From Helicobacter sp. (lineage in GTDB: Bacteria > Campylobacterota > Campylobacteria > Campylobacterales > Helicobacteraceae), in assembly GCA_029264775.1 (NCBI GenBank), contig JARHYT010000021.1, positions 1 to 55,648 of the forward strand: DNA of 55,648 bases, written 5' to 3'. How positions within the stretch are numbered: the stretch's first letter is position 1; the number at the start of each line of letters is the position of its first letter. The position numbers were made by a program, and so were the translations under genes. Positions 31,226 to 41,406 of this stretch are shown here, in pieces. Under the pieces are notes generated by a model. It had not been told where the DNA came from, did not search any database, and saw only the letters and a list, made by a program, of their open reading frames with translations.

Positions 31226-32566
31226 TTAATGTAGATCTTTATTTAGTGTTATTTCTTTTGAGCTTCTAAAAGCTATTAGCTTAGAATCTTGAGAAGTGAT
31301 TCTAAAATGCATGCCATTTAAACCACTTAACATGTATCCCTTATATAATTCATTATCCTGTATTTGAAAGTTATTATTTACCTTTGCAATTTTTTGTGCT
31401 TCTTCTTTGCAAATTTTTACGATACTACCAGATAAAATACTAACGCCAGCATCTACTATGCATGCATCACCAAGGCTTATACCTGTAACAGAGTTAGCCC
31501 CAAGCAAGCAATTTTTACCGATACTAATTGGCGTTGTATTTCCGCCGCTAAGAACTCCCAATATACTAGCACCACCACCAATATCAGTTCCTTCACCAAC
31601 CACAACAGATGAGCTTATACGCCCCTCATTCATACAAGCACCAAGAGCACCAGAATTAAAATTAACATAGCTAGCACCGGGCATTTGAGTATATCCAGCA
31701 CCTAAAAATGCACCAAAGCGCGTTTTTGATGTGTCTAATATTCTTATATTATCTGCTTGTGGTAAAACTTGCATGAGGTATCTAGGAAATTTATCAATAA
31801 AATCTATATTTGGAAATTCATCCTCCATTTTTAATGTAACTTCATTATCACGCAAATATTGCAACTCATATGGTTTATTTCCGCTCCATGCTAGATTTGG
31901 AAGTAGTCCAAAAATTCCATCAAGATTTAAACTTCTAAGTGGTGCATAACCAGCAGATAGGGCATGAAGTTTTGCGTATGCAATTTGTAATGATTGTGTT
32001 TTTTCATCATTAAAAAACGCAACTAACTGAAATTTATAAAATTCATTCTCACCTTTATAAATATCACTAATATGCCTTAATAGCTCAAATACCACTTGAA
32101 TATTTTTATGTTTTTTTCCTATATATTGACAAATTGTGCTATTTGTAAATAGAACATCTGCTGTCTTTATTGAATATGGATCTACAGAGAATTTTTCACA
32201 AAGATTTTTAAATTGTTCTAAAACTTGACTAGTTTTGTCGCATTTAGAAACATAGTTGCTAAGCTCTTCTACAATGAATGGATAAAAAATACATAAAGCC
32301 CGAAAAACAAATGGTGCGTTAATATCCACAATCAATTCATTTTCAAATGATTCTATATCCGCAACACTTGCAAAAACAGCAAAACTTCCAATATTTGCGT
32401 CAAAGTTTAAATGCGGAAAATTAACACTAATAACTTCATTTTTATTAATGCGAGAAATATTTGCCCTGCATACTCCAAAGCATTTGGGCTTATTCCTATT
32501 TTGATAAAAATCATCTACAAACTTTTTAAATTCTTCCTTTGTTTTAATAATTTTAGTTGAATGCAT
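31226..32566 (-). CDS. dapD: Tetrahydrodipicolinate N-succinyltransferase (epsilonproteobacterial type)
   Basis: DKFPRYL, NEGRISSSVVVG, IGKNCLLGANS hexapeptide region, LNKDLH end. Confidence 0.92.
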   Translation of the reverse strand: MHSTKIIKTKEEFKKFVDDFYQNRNKPKCFGVCRANISRINKNEVISVNFPHLNFDANIGSFAVFASVADIESFENELIVDINAPFVFRALCIFYPFIVEELSNYVSKCDKTSQVLEQFKNLCEKFSVDPYSIKTADVLFTNSTICQYIGKKHKNIQVVFELLRHISDIYKGENEFYKFQLVAFFNDEKTQSLQIAYAKLHALSAGYAPLRSLNLDGIFGLLPNLAWSGNKPYELQYLRDNEVTLKMEDEFPNIDFIDKFPRYLMQVLPQADNIRILDTSKTRFGAFLGAGYTQMPGASYVNFNSGALGACMNEGRISSSVVVGEGTDIGGGASILGVLSGGNTTPISIGKNCLLGANSVTGISLGDACIVDAGVSILSGSIVKICKEEAQKIAKVNNNFQIQDNELYKGYMLSGLNGMHFRITSQDSKLIAFRSSKEITLNKDLH

Positions 32567-32797
32567 AATGTAACTCCTAAGTAAAAGTAAGCATTATGCT
32601 AACATAAAATTATGTTTTTTAATTTAATAAATATATGCTTTATTTAATTCATTATTTTAATGATTATTAATATTTAAACAATCTAACTCTATTGAAAATC
32701 ACATTAACCTTAATTGTATAGATTTGCTGTCATATACAAGCTGATAATAATTGTATAGCCAATCACTAAGAAATAGGAAATTCTAGCAATCAATATC

Positions 32798-32810
32798 AAA
32801 AAAAAAAAAA
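32798..32810. repeat. A13 homopolymer in the dapD-hemE intergenic region
   Basis: 13 consecutive A, the longest run noticed in the window. Confidence 0.9.
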
Positions 32811-32918
32811 CCAGAATCAACAATTATTTAAAATAAAGCTAAATCCCATATTTGAAAGATTCTAAATTAAGCAAGTTATAAAATCGTAAAATATAAATCT
32901 AAATTCTTAATATTTTAG

Positions 32919-33944
32919 TTAATTATATTTACTTGATAGCTCTCGTACAAGCTTTACAAGCTCAATTGCATTTTCTCTTGGTAGATCTTTAATCATGCCG
33001 TGCCCCAAATTAAAAATATGACCTTTATTTTTCATACTTTCTATAATTTGAATTACACCTTCTTTCATTGATTGATAGTCGTATAATCTTGCAGGCTCAA
33101 GATTACCCTGCAACACAAATTTATCCCCAACCCTTTGTTTTGCTTGATACATATCTATCTGCCAATCAATTCCTAATACCTCAAAATCTCCATCAAGAGA
33201 TTCTAAAAATGCTCCAACGCCTCTTGGAAATATAACTATTGGAATGTGTGGAAATTCACTTTTTAAATATTTTGTAATATTTTTTAAGTAATTCCAACCA
33301 AATTCTATATATTTGTTTTTCTCAAGTGCATTAGCCCATGAGTCAAACAACATAACAGCATTAGCTCCAGCTTTTATTTGCATACTTAAATATTGTTTAA
33401 TCTCATTGCTTAAAGATTCCAATAATGAATGTAGTATCTTAGGATCTTTATATAACATTTTTTTGCTTTTTTCATAGCTTTTGCTACCACTGCCTTCTAT
33501 CATATATGTAGCAAGAGTCCAAGGTGCACCGCTAAAACCTATTAATGCTTTGTCTTTTGGCAACTTATCACGAACAGATTTTACACATTCATATACATAG
33601 TCAAGTCGTTTGTATGCCTCATCTTTCAGCATCTTCAATGATTCTATATCTTTAATAGTCTGTAAGAATCTTGGTCCAAACCCCTCTTCAAATTCTATGT
33701 CAAGTCCCATTTCATGCGGTATTACCAAAATATCACTAAATAAAATTGCTGCATCAACATCAAGTATATCTATAGGTTGCAATGTTACCTCTGTTGCTAA
33801 ATCCACTCTTTTGCATAAATCAAGAAAATTTTTAGCTTGCTTTCTAACTTCTTTGTATTCTGTTAAATATCTCCCTGCTTGTCTCATCATCCATATGGGA
33901 GTGTATGGCGTTTTTTTTCTAAAACACGCATCGATAAATATCAT
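32919..33944 (-). CDS. hemE: Uroporphyrinogen decarboxylase
   Basis: PIWMMRQAGRYL, AILFSDIL, IFNLGHG. Confidence 0.97.
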   Translation of the reverse strand: MIFIDACFRKKTPYTPIWMMRQAGRYLTEYKEVRKQAKNFLDLCKRVDLATEVTLQPIDILDVDAAILFSDILVIPHEMGLDIEFEEGFGPRFLQTIKDIESLKMLKDEAYKRLDYVYECVKSVRDKLPKDKALIGFSGAPWTLATYMIEGSGSKSYEKSKKMLYKDPKILHSLLESLSNEIKQYLSMQIKAGANAVMLFDSWANALEKNKYIEFGWNYLKNITKYLKSEFPHIPIVIFPRGVGAFLESLDGDFEVLGIDWQIDMYQAKQRVGDKFVLQGNLEPARLYDYQSMKEGVIQIIESMKNKGHIFNLGHGMIKDLPRENAIELVKLVRELSSKYN

Positions 33945-34316
33945 TTTTACCCTTTGTAATAATTTATTGTATTTTAATATAATATTACTTGCGTGGAGTT
34001 AATGTATTATTACACAAATATCCTAAAACTAGGTTTAATACCCAATGTTACTAAAATTATACAATCCCTTAATTGTAAAAAAATCATAGACATAACTACA
34101 CGCTATCACATTGTGGAATTTTGCTATTTTGTATTATGAGTTCAACAATGAGCTTATATTTTTAGTTATACTTATTAAAACATTTAAGCACGATAAACAA
34201 ACATATACGAGTTCTAATATCGCAAACAAAATTTAAGTCAAAATGATATAATAGATCTACAACATATAAATAATTCAGCCAAGTTAGCTTTGACAATATA
34301 ACTTGTTTAACTGATA

Positions 34317-34457
34317 CTATCCAGATATGCTTAACCTTTTTCTACCTTTCGCTCTTCTTGCATTAATAACTCTTCTACCATTTTTTGTTTTCATTCTAGC
34401 ACGAAAACCATGTGTTCTTTTTCTTGGTGTATTATGTGGTTGATAGGTACGCTTCAT
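34317..34457 (-). CDS. rpmH: 50S ribosomal protein L34
   Basis: [22 protein letters not shown]; AAGG RBS before ATG 34457. Confidence 0.97.
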   Translation of the reverse strand: MKRTYQPHNTPRKRTHGFRARMKTKNGRRVINARRAKGRKRLSISG

Positions 34458-34496
34458 AACTTTTACCTTTTTAAAATGAATTAAAGTAAGCGTAAG

Positions 34497-34505
34497 ATTA
34501 TAGCA
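34497..34505 (-). promoter_or_regulatory. Extended -10 promoter of rpmH
   Basis: TGCTATAAT on the minus strand about 40 nt upstream of ATG. Confidence 0.7.
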
Positions 34506-34683
34506 TATTTTTTGCTTTTTCAGTAAATGCGATAATGGTTTAGCCAAATTAATATCAATCTATAAGAATATACCATTTTGTTAATCATACTAGATTGCTT
34601 ATATATTACAAAGTGAGTGATTTATAAGTTATTTTAAGAGGTAATATTAATTTGCTGACAAGGCTTTAATTATGTTAAACTAT

Positions 34684-35964
34684 CTATTCTTTTAGCCTTT
34701 TTATTCTTGCACCTAGATTATTAAGTTTTATTTCTAATTGTTCATAACCCCTATCTAAATGGTAGATTCTATGAATTTTACTTGTTCCTTTTGCAACAAG
34801 TGCTGCAAGTACTAAAGCAGATGAGGCTCTTAAATCTGTTGCCATTACATCAGCAGCTATTAGATTATTTTTACCATTAATTTGTGCTACATTGCCACTT
34901 ATTGTTATATCAGCACCAAGCCTTTGTAATTCATTTACATGCATAAATCTATTTTCAAACAATGTCTCTTTAATAACACTAGAGCCTTCACATTGTGTGC
35001 TTAAAGCCATAAATTGTGCTTGCATATCTGTTGGGAATCCGGGATACTCTGTTGTGGTAATGTTGAATGGTTTTGGAGGTTTTTCACATTGATATAATTC
35101 CATTTTGTTGTAATTCATATCGTGTGTAAGTTTGGTCTCAAAGCCTATCTCTTTTAATTTTAAGGTTATACTTTCAATATGTTCTTCTACAACATCAAGC
35201 AAAGTTATATGTGAATTTGTAATTGCCCCAACACAAAGGTATGTGCCTGCCTCGATTCTATCTGGTATAACCTTGGTTGGTTTAAATTCTAAAAGCTCCC
35301 CATTAGTCCCATCAACAATGATTTCTGATGAGCCTGCACCTTTTATGGATAGTCCCGCATCTTGTAGTGTTTTACATAATTGCATTACTTCTGGCTCTTT
35401 TGCTGCATTAATAATTCTTGTCTTACCTTTTGCAAGACTTGCTGCCATAATTACATTACTTGTGCCTGTAACAGTTATTTTGTCAAACACAATATCTGTT
35501 CCAACTAATCCATCCTTCGCATTTGCTAATATATATCCGCCCTTTATTTCTATGTTTGCACCAAGCTGTTGCATAGCCTTTATATGCAAATCAACAGGAC
35601 GGGCACCAATCGCACAACCACCGGGCAAACTTACTTCACAATGTCCAAATCTAGCTAATAATGGACCTAAAACAAGTATAGATGCTCTCATTTTTCTAAC
35701 TATATCATACACTGCTTTTGTATGATTCACATGTAATGTGTTGATAATTCTTTGTCCATGTCCTTGTGAATCTACATTCGCACCAAGCATAGTTAATAAC
35801 TTAATAAAAGTATTAATGTCAGCTACTTCTGGTAGGTTACTAAGTTGCATATCGTTCTTAGCTAGTAAAGATAACGCCAACAATGGGAGTGCAGAATTTT
35901 TTGAGCCTGATATTTTTACACTACCACTTAGTTTAAAGCCACCTTCTATTTCTAAATAATCCAT
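34684..35964 (-). CDS. murA: UDP-N-acetylglucosamine 1-carboxyvinyltransferase
   Basis: [40 protein letters not shown]. Confidence 0.97.
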   Translation of the reverse strand: MDYLEIEGGFKLSGSVKISGSKNSALPLLALSLLAKNDMQLSNLPEVADINTFIKLLTMLGANVDSQGHGQRIINTLHVNHTKAVYDIVRKMRASILVLGPLLARFGHCEVSLPGGCAIGARPVDLHIKAMQQLGANIEIKGGYILANAKDGLVGTDIVFDKITVTGTSNVIMAASLAKGKTRIINAAKEPEVMQLCKTLQDAGLSIKGAGSSEIIVDGTNGELLEFKPTKVIPDRIEAGTYLCVGAITNSHITLLDVVEEHIESITLKLKEIGFETKLTHDMNYNKMELYQCEKPPKPFNITTTEYPGFPTDMQAQFMALSTQCEGSSVIKETLFENRFMHVNELQRLGADITISGNVAQINGKNNLIAADVMATDLRASSALVLAALVAKGTSKIHRIYHLDRGYEQLEIKLNNLGARIKRLKE

Positions 35965-36071
35965 ATATACCCTTTGTAAGTTTATTATACATCTATTGTA
36001 CCATATTTTGTTTGCTTATATCACATAATAATTTTTATACTATATGATGTGTATTTGTAGAATAAGTTAGC

Positions 36072-36148
36072 TGGTGTCCCGAAAGGGATTTGAACCCATG
36101 ACCTTAAGATTAGGAATCTTACGCTCTATCCAGCTGAGCTATCAGGAC
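36072..36148 (-). tRNA. tRNA-Arg(CCT)
   Basis: Reverse complement GTCCTGA...TAAGA-TTCCTAA-TCTTA...TTCAAAT...TCGGGACACCA. Confidence 0.93.
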
Positions 36149-36172
36149 ATTTATATTTAAATAAAAAATAGA

Positions 36173-36259
36173 TGGTGCCGAAGGTCGGACTCGAACCGAC
36201 ACAAGGTTGCCCTTACTAGATTTTGAGTCTAGCGCGTCTACCAGTTTCACCACTCCGGC
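36173..36259 (-). tRNA. tRNA-Leu(CAA)
   Basis: Anticodon arm CTAGA-CTCAAAA-TCTAG, long variable arm, CCA. Confidence 0.95.
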
Positions 36260-36302
36260 GACAACTTGTGAAGTCAAGAATCCCATTCATATCATATATA
36301 AA

Positions 36303-36386
36303 TGGTGCGCTGAGTGAGACTTGAACTCACACGGATTTCTCCGCCACCCCCTCAAGATGGTGTGTCTACCATTCCACCACCAGCGC
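36303..36386 (-). tRNA. tRNA-Leu(GAG)
   Basis: Anticodon arm CCATC-TTGAGGG-GGTGG, long variable arm, CCA. Confidence 0.95.
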
Positions 36387-36413
36387 AAAAGCACGATTAA
36401 ATCGTGCTATTTT
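36387..36413 (-). terminator. Terminator-like hairpin between atpE and tRNA-Leu
   Basis: AGCACGAT-TTA-ATCGTGCT stem running into a T4 tail on the minus strand. Confidence 0.65.
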
Positions 36414-36437
36414 CAAAGTTTAGCTATCAATATAACC

Positions 36438-36770
36438 TTATAGATAAGGATTAACAAACATAGCAATAATTGCAAACACAAGAGTATAAATTACTTGTGC
36501 CTCTATCAACGCTATAGCTATAAACATTGTGGTTTGTAGCTTAGCACCAAGTGCTGGGTTTCTAGCTGTTCCAGAAATGGCAGCAGCAGCAGCATGTCCC
36601 ATGCCGATTCCGCCACCTAATGCAGCAATACCTAGCCCAACAACACCAGCCAAAATAGAAAGAGCCATTACTAAATCAGCACCAGTAATATTATCTCCAA
36701 CACTAGCCTTAACATCTGCAGCTAATGCAAAACCAATACAGGTAAAAAACAAAACCAAGAGTTTTTTCAT
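36438..36770 (-). CDS. atpE: ATP synthase F0 subunit c
   Basis: Gly-rich helix, ARNP loop, IALIEAQVIY; N-terminal signal-like extension typical of the phylum. Confidence 0.96.
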   Translation of the reverse strand: MKKLLVLFFTCIGFALAADVKASVGDNITGADLVMALSILAGVVGLGIAALGGGIGMGHAAAAAISGTARNPALGAKLQTTMFIAIALIEAQVIYTLVFAIIAMFVNPYL

Positions 36771-37127
36771 AATAATTCCTTTACTAAAAATATGCTAAAT
36801 TTCGGATATGCCCCCTACTCAAAGCATAGGCGTTATTGTATCTATAAATACCTTAAAATATACTTATAAATTTATAAAGAAAAGTGTATAAACAAAATAT
36901 TGAATAAAGTTTTTGAAACAAGAAAAATCAGATATAAATTTTTAGGTGTTCTAATTTTTAAAAACTATTCAAGAATATTTATTTAGAATTGCTCTAATAT
37001 TTGTTTTATTGGGATACAATTCATAGCTATAGTTTAAATATGTTATTATAAAATAGTTCATTTTTTAGTATATATAAAAGAAATTTATTAAAATATTGAT
37101 AGTTTTATAATTTAATAAATTATGTAC

Positions 37128-38360
37128 TTATATGTGTAATTCTTGTATATAATTGCATATATCCATACTTATATCAAGTTTGCTGCCTTTTGTATATCTT
37201 TGTGAATCTTTTGTTAGTATATATAGCTCATTGTGTGTATTTCCAAAACTCATATTATCCTTTGTTATTATGTTTAAACAAATCATACTGCATTGTTTTG
37301 ATATAAGTGCATTGATTGCATTTTGTTTTGCATTCTCCGTATCGCATTCCGCCTTAAATGCAATCTTTACTAGATTTTTCATTGTTAGAGATTTTAAAAT
37401 GTCTATATTTTCGTGTAGTTCTAACATCATTTTATCACCTATATCTTTTTTCTTTAATTTACCCTCTTTTTTTGTTGGTATGTAATCGCTGATTGCTGCT
37501 GCCATGAAAAGATATGTTTTTGTATTTCCATGTATATTTTTTATAATGGATTCATAATAGTCCTTTGAGCTAACAACATTTATAATATTTATGCTTTTTG
37601 GTAGATTAATTGGTATCTTGGAGCTTATAAGTGTTACATTAGCCCCAAAGTAATATAGAGCTAGTGCTAAGTTGCAAGCTTGTAAGCCACTTGAATTGTT
37701 GCTAATATGTCTTATGGAATCTATTGCCTCACTACTGCCGCCACCTGTTATAATTACATGCTGGTTTTCCCAGTATGATTTTTTTTGCAATGCTTTTTTG
37801 ATTTCAAATAATATTTCTTCTATATCTGCCATAGCTCCATTACCAACATCACCACACGCAAGAGAACTATATCTTGAATCTATTATTGTATATCCGTATT
37901 CTTTCAAGATTCTAATACTATTTTGCGTTGCTTTATTTTCAAGCATAAAGGTATTTGCACTAGGTGCTATTATTTTTGGTATATTTGGGAGAGCTAAAGC
38001 ACAGGATAAATATATATTGTCTGCTATGCCATGTGATAATTTATTAATACTATTTGCACTAGCTGGTGCAAATAAAGCTAAGTCAGCCCATTTTGCATAT
38101 CCTATATGATTTAATGGTGGCTCATGTATATTGCTATTAAAACTTGTATCATGTATTGTCCAATTTTCATTATCATCATGCAATAAAGTTGTATTGCTTA
38201 ATGTTTCAAAACTCAATGGTGTAACAAATTTTAATGTATTTTTTGTAGCGATAACTCTTACTAAAGCCCCCTCTTTACGCAATAAGCGAATAAGAGTCAA
38301 AATTTTATACACCGCAATAGATGCACTAACAAAGATTAGAATCTTTTTATCTTTTAGCAT
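37128..38360 (-). CDS. coaBC: Phosphopantothenoylcysteine decarboxylase/synthetase
   Basis: SIAVYK, APASANSI, LACGDVGNG, EAIDSIRHISNNSSG, AAAISDY. Confidence 0.93.
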   Translation of the reverse strand: MLKDKKILIFVSASIAVYKILTLIRLLRKEGALVRVIATKNTLKFVTPLSFETLSNTTLLHDDNENWTIHDTSFNSNIHEPPLNHIGYAKWADLALFAPASANSINKLSHGIADNIYLSCALALPNIPKIIAPSANTFMLENKATQNSIRILKEYGYTIIDSRYSSLACGDVGNGAMADIEEILFEIKKALQKKSYWENQHVIITGGGSSEAIDSIRHISNNSSGLQACNLALALYYFGANVTLISSKIPINLPKSINIINVVSSKDYYESIIKNIHGNTKTYLFMAAAISDYIPTKKEGKLKKKDIGDKMMLELHENIDILKSLTMKNLVKIAFKAECDTENAKQNAINALISKQCSMICLNIITKDNMSFGNTHNELYILTKDSQRYTKGSKLDISMDICNYIQELHI

Positions 38361-38580
38361 AATAATCCTTTAATAAGATATAAAACTAACACCATATTTT
38401 ATTGTCTTTATAGAACAATAGATTATAAATCATAATGGTTAAGTATTTGTTATTTAAGAATTCATATATTGTATATTTATGTTTTACAATATATATTTCA
38501 GAACAATTTTTTCTTGTTATTGATAAGGATAGGGCTTTATAATTAATGTATGCGTTAAGCAATTTGTTTTAATAATATAG

Positions 38581-39438
38581 CTAAAAATTGCTTATTAAAA
38601 GTTCTCTACCCTTTTGTGCTCTGTCTTGCTTTACATTATTCATTCCGTATTGCAAACTCCATTCTTTAACATGAAAGTCTTTATAAAGTTCTCTTATAAA
38701 TTCACTATCATCATAGGTTAGTAAGAATCTGTGTTTAGTTTGCCTTAAAAGCCTATTTAAATGGTGATGATTGAAATTAATGTGTAAATCTCCATTTTTA
38801 CCATATAGCTTTGATTTTGTAGCACTAAAATATGGTGGATCTAAAAATATGAAAACATTATCCCCATTTTTTTGAATCATATTTTCATAGCTATCGCAAG
38901 AAAACTTAAAATTTTTAATGATATTTGCTACATTGTATAATCTGTCTATGCTGCTTAAAGTAAATCTGTATTGATATGCTTTTTGTGAAAATCCTCCACA
39001 ATCAAGTAATCCAGAAAATGTAATGCGATTTAATATAAAAAAATCTATGGCTCTTTGAAAATTATCAAATACTACATTTTCTCTAGTACTATTTCTGCGA
39101 TTGATAATATCACAATATAAGGTTCTACCATCTTTGTAGTTATTTTTTGTATTTTTAATTGCATCTATAAGCTTTTTGCAATCTGTTTTTAAAATTTCCC
39201 AAAAGCAATATAAATTATAATTTAAGTCATTTACAAAAAAAATATTTTTTTTAATAGACATATCAATGTTATGAGTTTGTGCTACAAAAAGCCCAATACT
39301 ACCACCACCAAAGAATGGCTCTCTATATTCTAAAAAATCAAAAGGTATATAGTCTCTCAGAAATTTGATTGCTCTTGATTTACCGCCAGGATAACGCAGT
39401 GGCGTTTTTACTAATGGTTTAGTTTTCAATTGTGTCAT
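38581..39438 (-). CDS. N6-adenine DNA methyltransferase, Dam/D12 (alpha) class
   Basis: LRYPGGKS, motif I EPFFGGGS, motif IV FLDPPY, ELLISNF end. Confidence 0.93.
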   Translation of the reverse strand: MTQLKTKPLVKTPLRYPGGKSRAIKFLRDYIPFDFLEYREPFFGGGSIGLFVAQTHNIDMSIKKNIFFVNDLNYNLYCFWEILKTDCKKLIDAIKNTKNNYKDGRTLYCDIINRRNSTRENVVFDNFQRAIDFFILNRITFSGLLDCGGFSQKAYQYRFTLSSIDRLYNVANIIKNFKFSCDSYENMIQKNGDNVFIFLDPPYFSATKSKLYGKNGDLHINFNHHHLNRLLRQTKHRFLLTYDDSEFIRELYKDFHVKEWSLQYGMNNVKQDRAQKGRELLISNF

Positions 39439-40510
39439 TGTTTATCCATATTTCAAAATTATTTATTTTAGCCTCTTTATTTAGGTTTGCAAGCATAGAA
39501 TTCTGAATCTTTGAAAAAGCATTTTTGCTTAAGAAAGATTCTATTGTATTGCTTGGCAATGTAATTTTGTCTTGTAAAACATCTGAAGTTAGCCTTAATA
39601 TAACTTTAAATCTCTTATATCCATCAATAGAATCTAGGTTGTTGTAAAGCATGAGTTTTAAAAGTCCATCTTTTATGTCATCACTGCTTGGTAGTAGAGA
39701 GGTCTTACTATGTTTGCTTTCACATATATATAACATATTGTCTCTGTATATTACATCATCAATAGTAAAAAAATATTGTCCACCTAAGTAATTTTGTATT
39801 GTTATCTTTGTTTTGGTTCCTATACCTACATGTTCTTTTGGTTGTATTGTTAAAGATTCTCTATTTTGAGCCCGCATTGCTTTGTTTCTTGAAAAATTCA
39901 TAAATGAATCCTTATCTTGTGTAATTTTTTCGATAAATTTATCAATATTTTGTATATTATGAAGTTGAATATTTAAAGTATGTGCAATATTTGTATAAGC
40001 AGTTTTTGCAAGCATGCCAATACAATGTACTTTATTTAATTCTTTAAGATTCCAGTGCAATGCACTTTGATGATAAATACTCAATTCATCTAATTTTCTT
40101 TGAATATGCTTGTTATTGAAATATTGTTTAGTTATTTTATTTTCTATTTTTGTATGTTTTTGTGCGTTATCATAAAATCCTATAATTACATAAATATTAA
40201 GCAAACTCATTAATGAAATAGTATCCCATTGTAGATAATCCATATCACCACTTATACCTTCATCTTTAAAAATTGGTATAATGGTTATAACTTTATTTGC
40301 TAAAGAATCAAAAGTGTCATATATCCTTGCATATGGATATGAACGAGTTCTTTTAGGGCTTACCCATTTGCTTATTGCAAAAACTTTATTTTTATAATTC
40401 AACAAGCATTTGCTAGGTAATGTGTTAATATCTTTATAATCAAAATTTTCTAATTCTTCTTCATACATTTTTTTGTAAGAAAAATTCTTTATGCTTGCTT
40501 GTAACATCAT
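39419..40510 (-). CDS. Putative type II restriction endonuclease (PD-(D/E)XK)
   Basis: Overlaps the MTase start by 20 nt; DD-x11-ESK catalytic-like motif (TIDDVIYRDNMLYICESKH). Confidence 0.7.
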   Translation of the reverse strand: MMLQASIKNFSYKKMYEEELENFDYKDINTLPSKCLLNYKNKVFAISKWVSPKRTRSYPYARIYDTFDSLANKVITIIPIFKDEGISGDMDYLQWDTISLMSLLNIYVIIGFYDNAQKHTKIENKITKQYFNNKHIQRKLDELSIYHQSALHWNLKELNKVHCIGMLAKTAYTNIAHTLNIQLHNIQNIDKFIEKITQDKDSFMNFSRNKAMRAQNRESLTIQPKEHVGIGTKTKITIQNYLGGQYFFTIDDVIYRDNMLYICESKHSKTSLLPSSDDIKDGLLKLMLYNNLDSIDGYKRFKVILRLTSDVLQDKITLPSNTIESFLSKNAFSKIQNSMLANLNKEAKINNFEIWINNDTIEN

Positions 40511-40635
40511 ATTGCCTCATTTATTTTAGGTTCTTATTATACTAAAATTACTTGCATAAAGCCTTTCTATAGAGTGTAAATTTTATGATATTTGAGTTTT
40601 ATATGGTAAGTTACAATTTTGTAGTAGGCTAGATT

Positions 40636-41403
40636 CTATAAAACATGGTTATACCCATTTATTAATTCGTTGCCTAATTGTGATGTAAAATTTTCTTGAT
40701 TTGTAATTATTTCTATTATCTTACCATCTTGCATTAATATAATGTTTTGACAAAATTCTTGTGCTAATGATATATCATGAGTGATAAATAAAAATGAACT
40801 TGAATTTTTACATTGCAATGATACAAGTAAATCTAGCACTTTTTTTTGTGTAGCATAATCAAGCCCTGATGTTATCTCATCTAATAATGCAAATTTAGGT
40901 TGTACTAAAAGCATGCGAATAATGCAGATTCTTTGTGCTTGTCCGCCAGATAACATTGTTGGGTAATAATATAGAATTTGTTTTGGTAAATCTAGGGAAT
41001 CTAAAAAAGGTAGAATCATTTGCAATTGCTCTTGTGTATTTTTGATTGCAAACAAATTTATTAATGGTTCTTGTAGGCTTTGAAAAATATTTAATCTAGG
41101 GTTAAGAGAACTGATTGGATCTTGAAATAATATTTGAACTTGTTTGTAAAAATTTCTTTTTTGCATAAGTGTTTTTGTTTCAACCTTAATGCCATTTAAT
41201 AGGATGTCTCCGCTTGTTGGTTTTTGTATTTGTGCTATGATTCTAGCAAGTGTGCTTTTACCGCATCCGCTAGGACCAATCAATGCAGTATTTTGTGCAT
41301 AATCTATATTAAGGTTTATGTTGTTTAGAATCTGTTTTTGTATTTTTTTAAATAAAGTATTGTATGCGTAATGATGGTATATATTTCTTACTTCTAATAG
41401 CAT
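40636..41403 (-). CDS. nikE: Nickel ABC transporter ATP-binding subunit
   Basis: GPSGCGKST, LFQDP, LSGGQ; last gene of the five-gene operon. Confidence 0.8.
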   Translation of the reverse strand: MLLEVRNIYHHYAYNTLFKKIQKQILNNINLNIDYAQNTALIGPSGCGKSTLARIIAQIQKPTSGDILLNGIKVETKTLMQKRNFYKQVQILFQDPISSLNPRLNIFQSLQEPLINLFAIKNTQEQLQMILPFLDSLDLPKQILYYYPTMLSGGQAQRICIIRMLLVQPKFALLDEITSGLDYATQKKVLDLLVSLQCKNSSSFLFITHDISLAQEFCQNIILMQDGKIIEIITNQENFTSQLGNELINGYNHVL

Positions 41404-41406
41404 ATG

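Noticed and set aside
35132-35725. 197-aa antisense ORF, and the many other shadow ORFs opposite real genes
   Set aside because: They lie opposite well-supported genes and have the composition of antisense frames, with no recognisable motifs
36438-36770. AtpE N-terminal extension; possible Na+ coupling
   Set aside because: The extension is normal for the phylum, and EA rather than E-S/T indicates H+ coupling
10573-38563. Identical 13-mer tgcgttaagcaat at 10573 and 38551, both intergenic
   Set aside because: A few 13-bp matches are expected by chance at this composition, and the flanks are not similar
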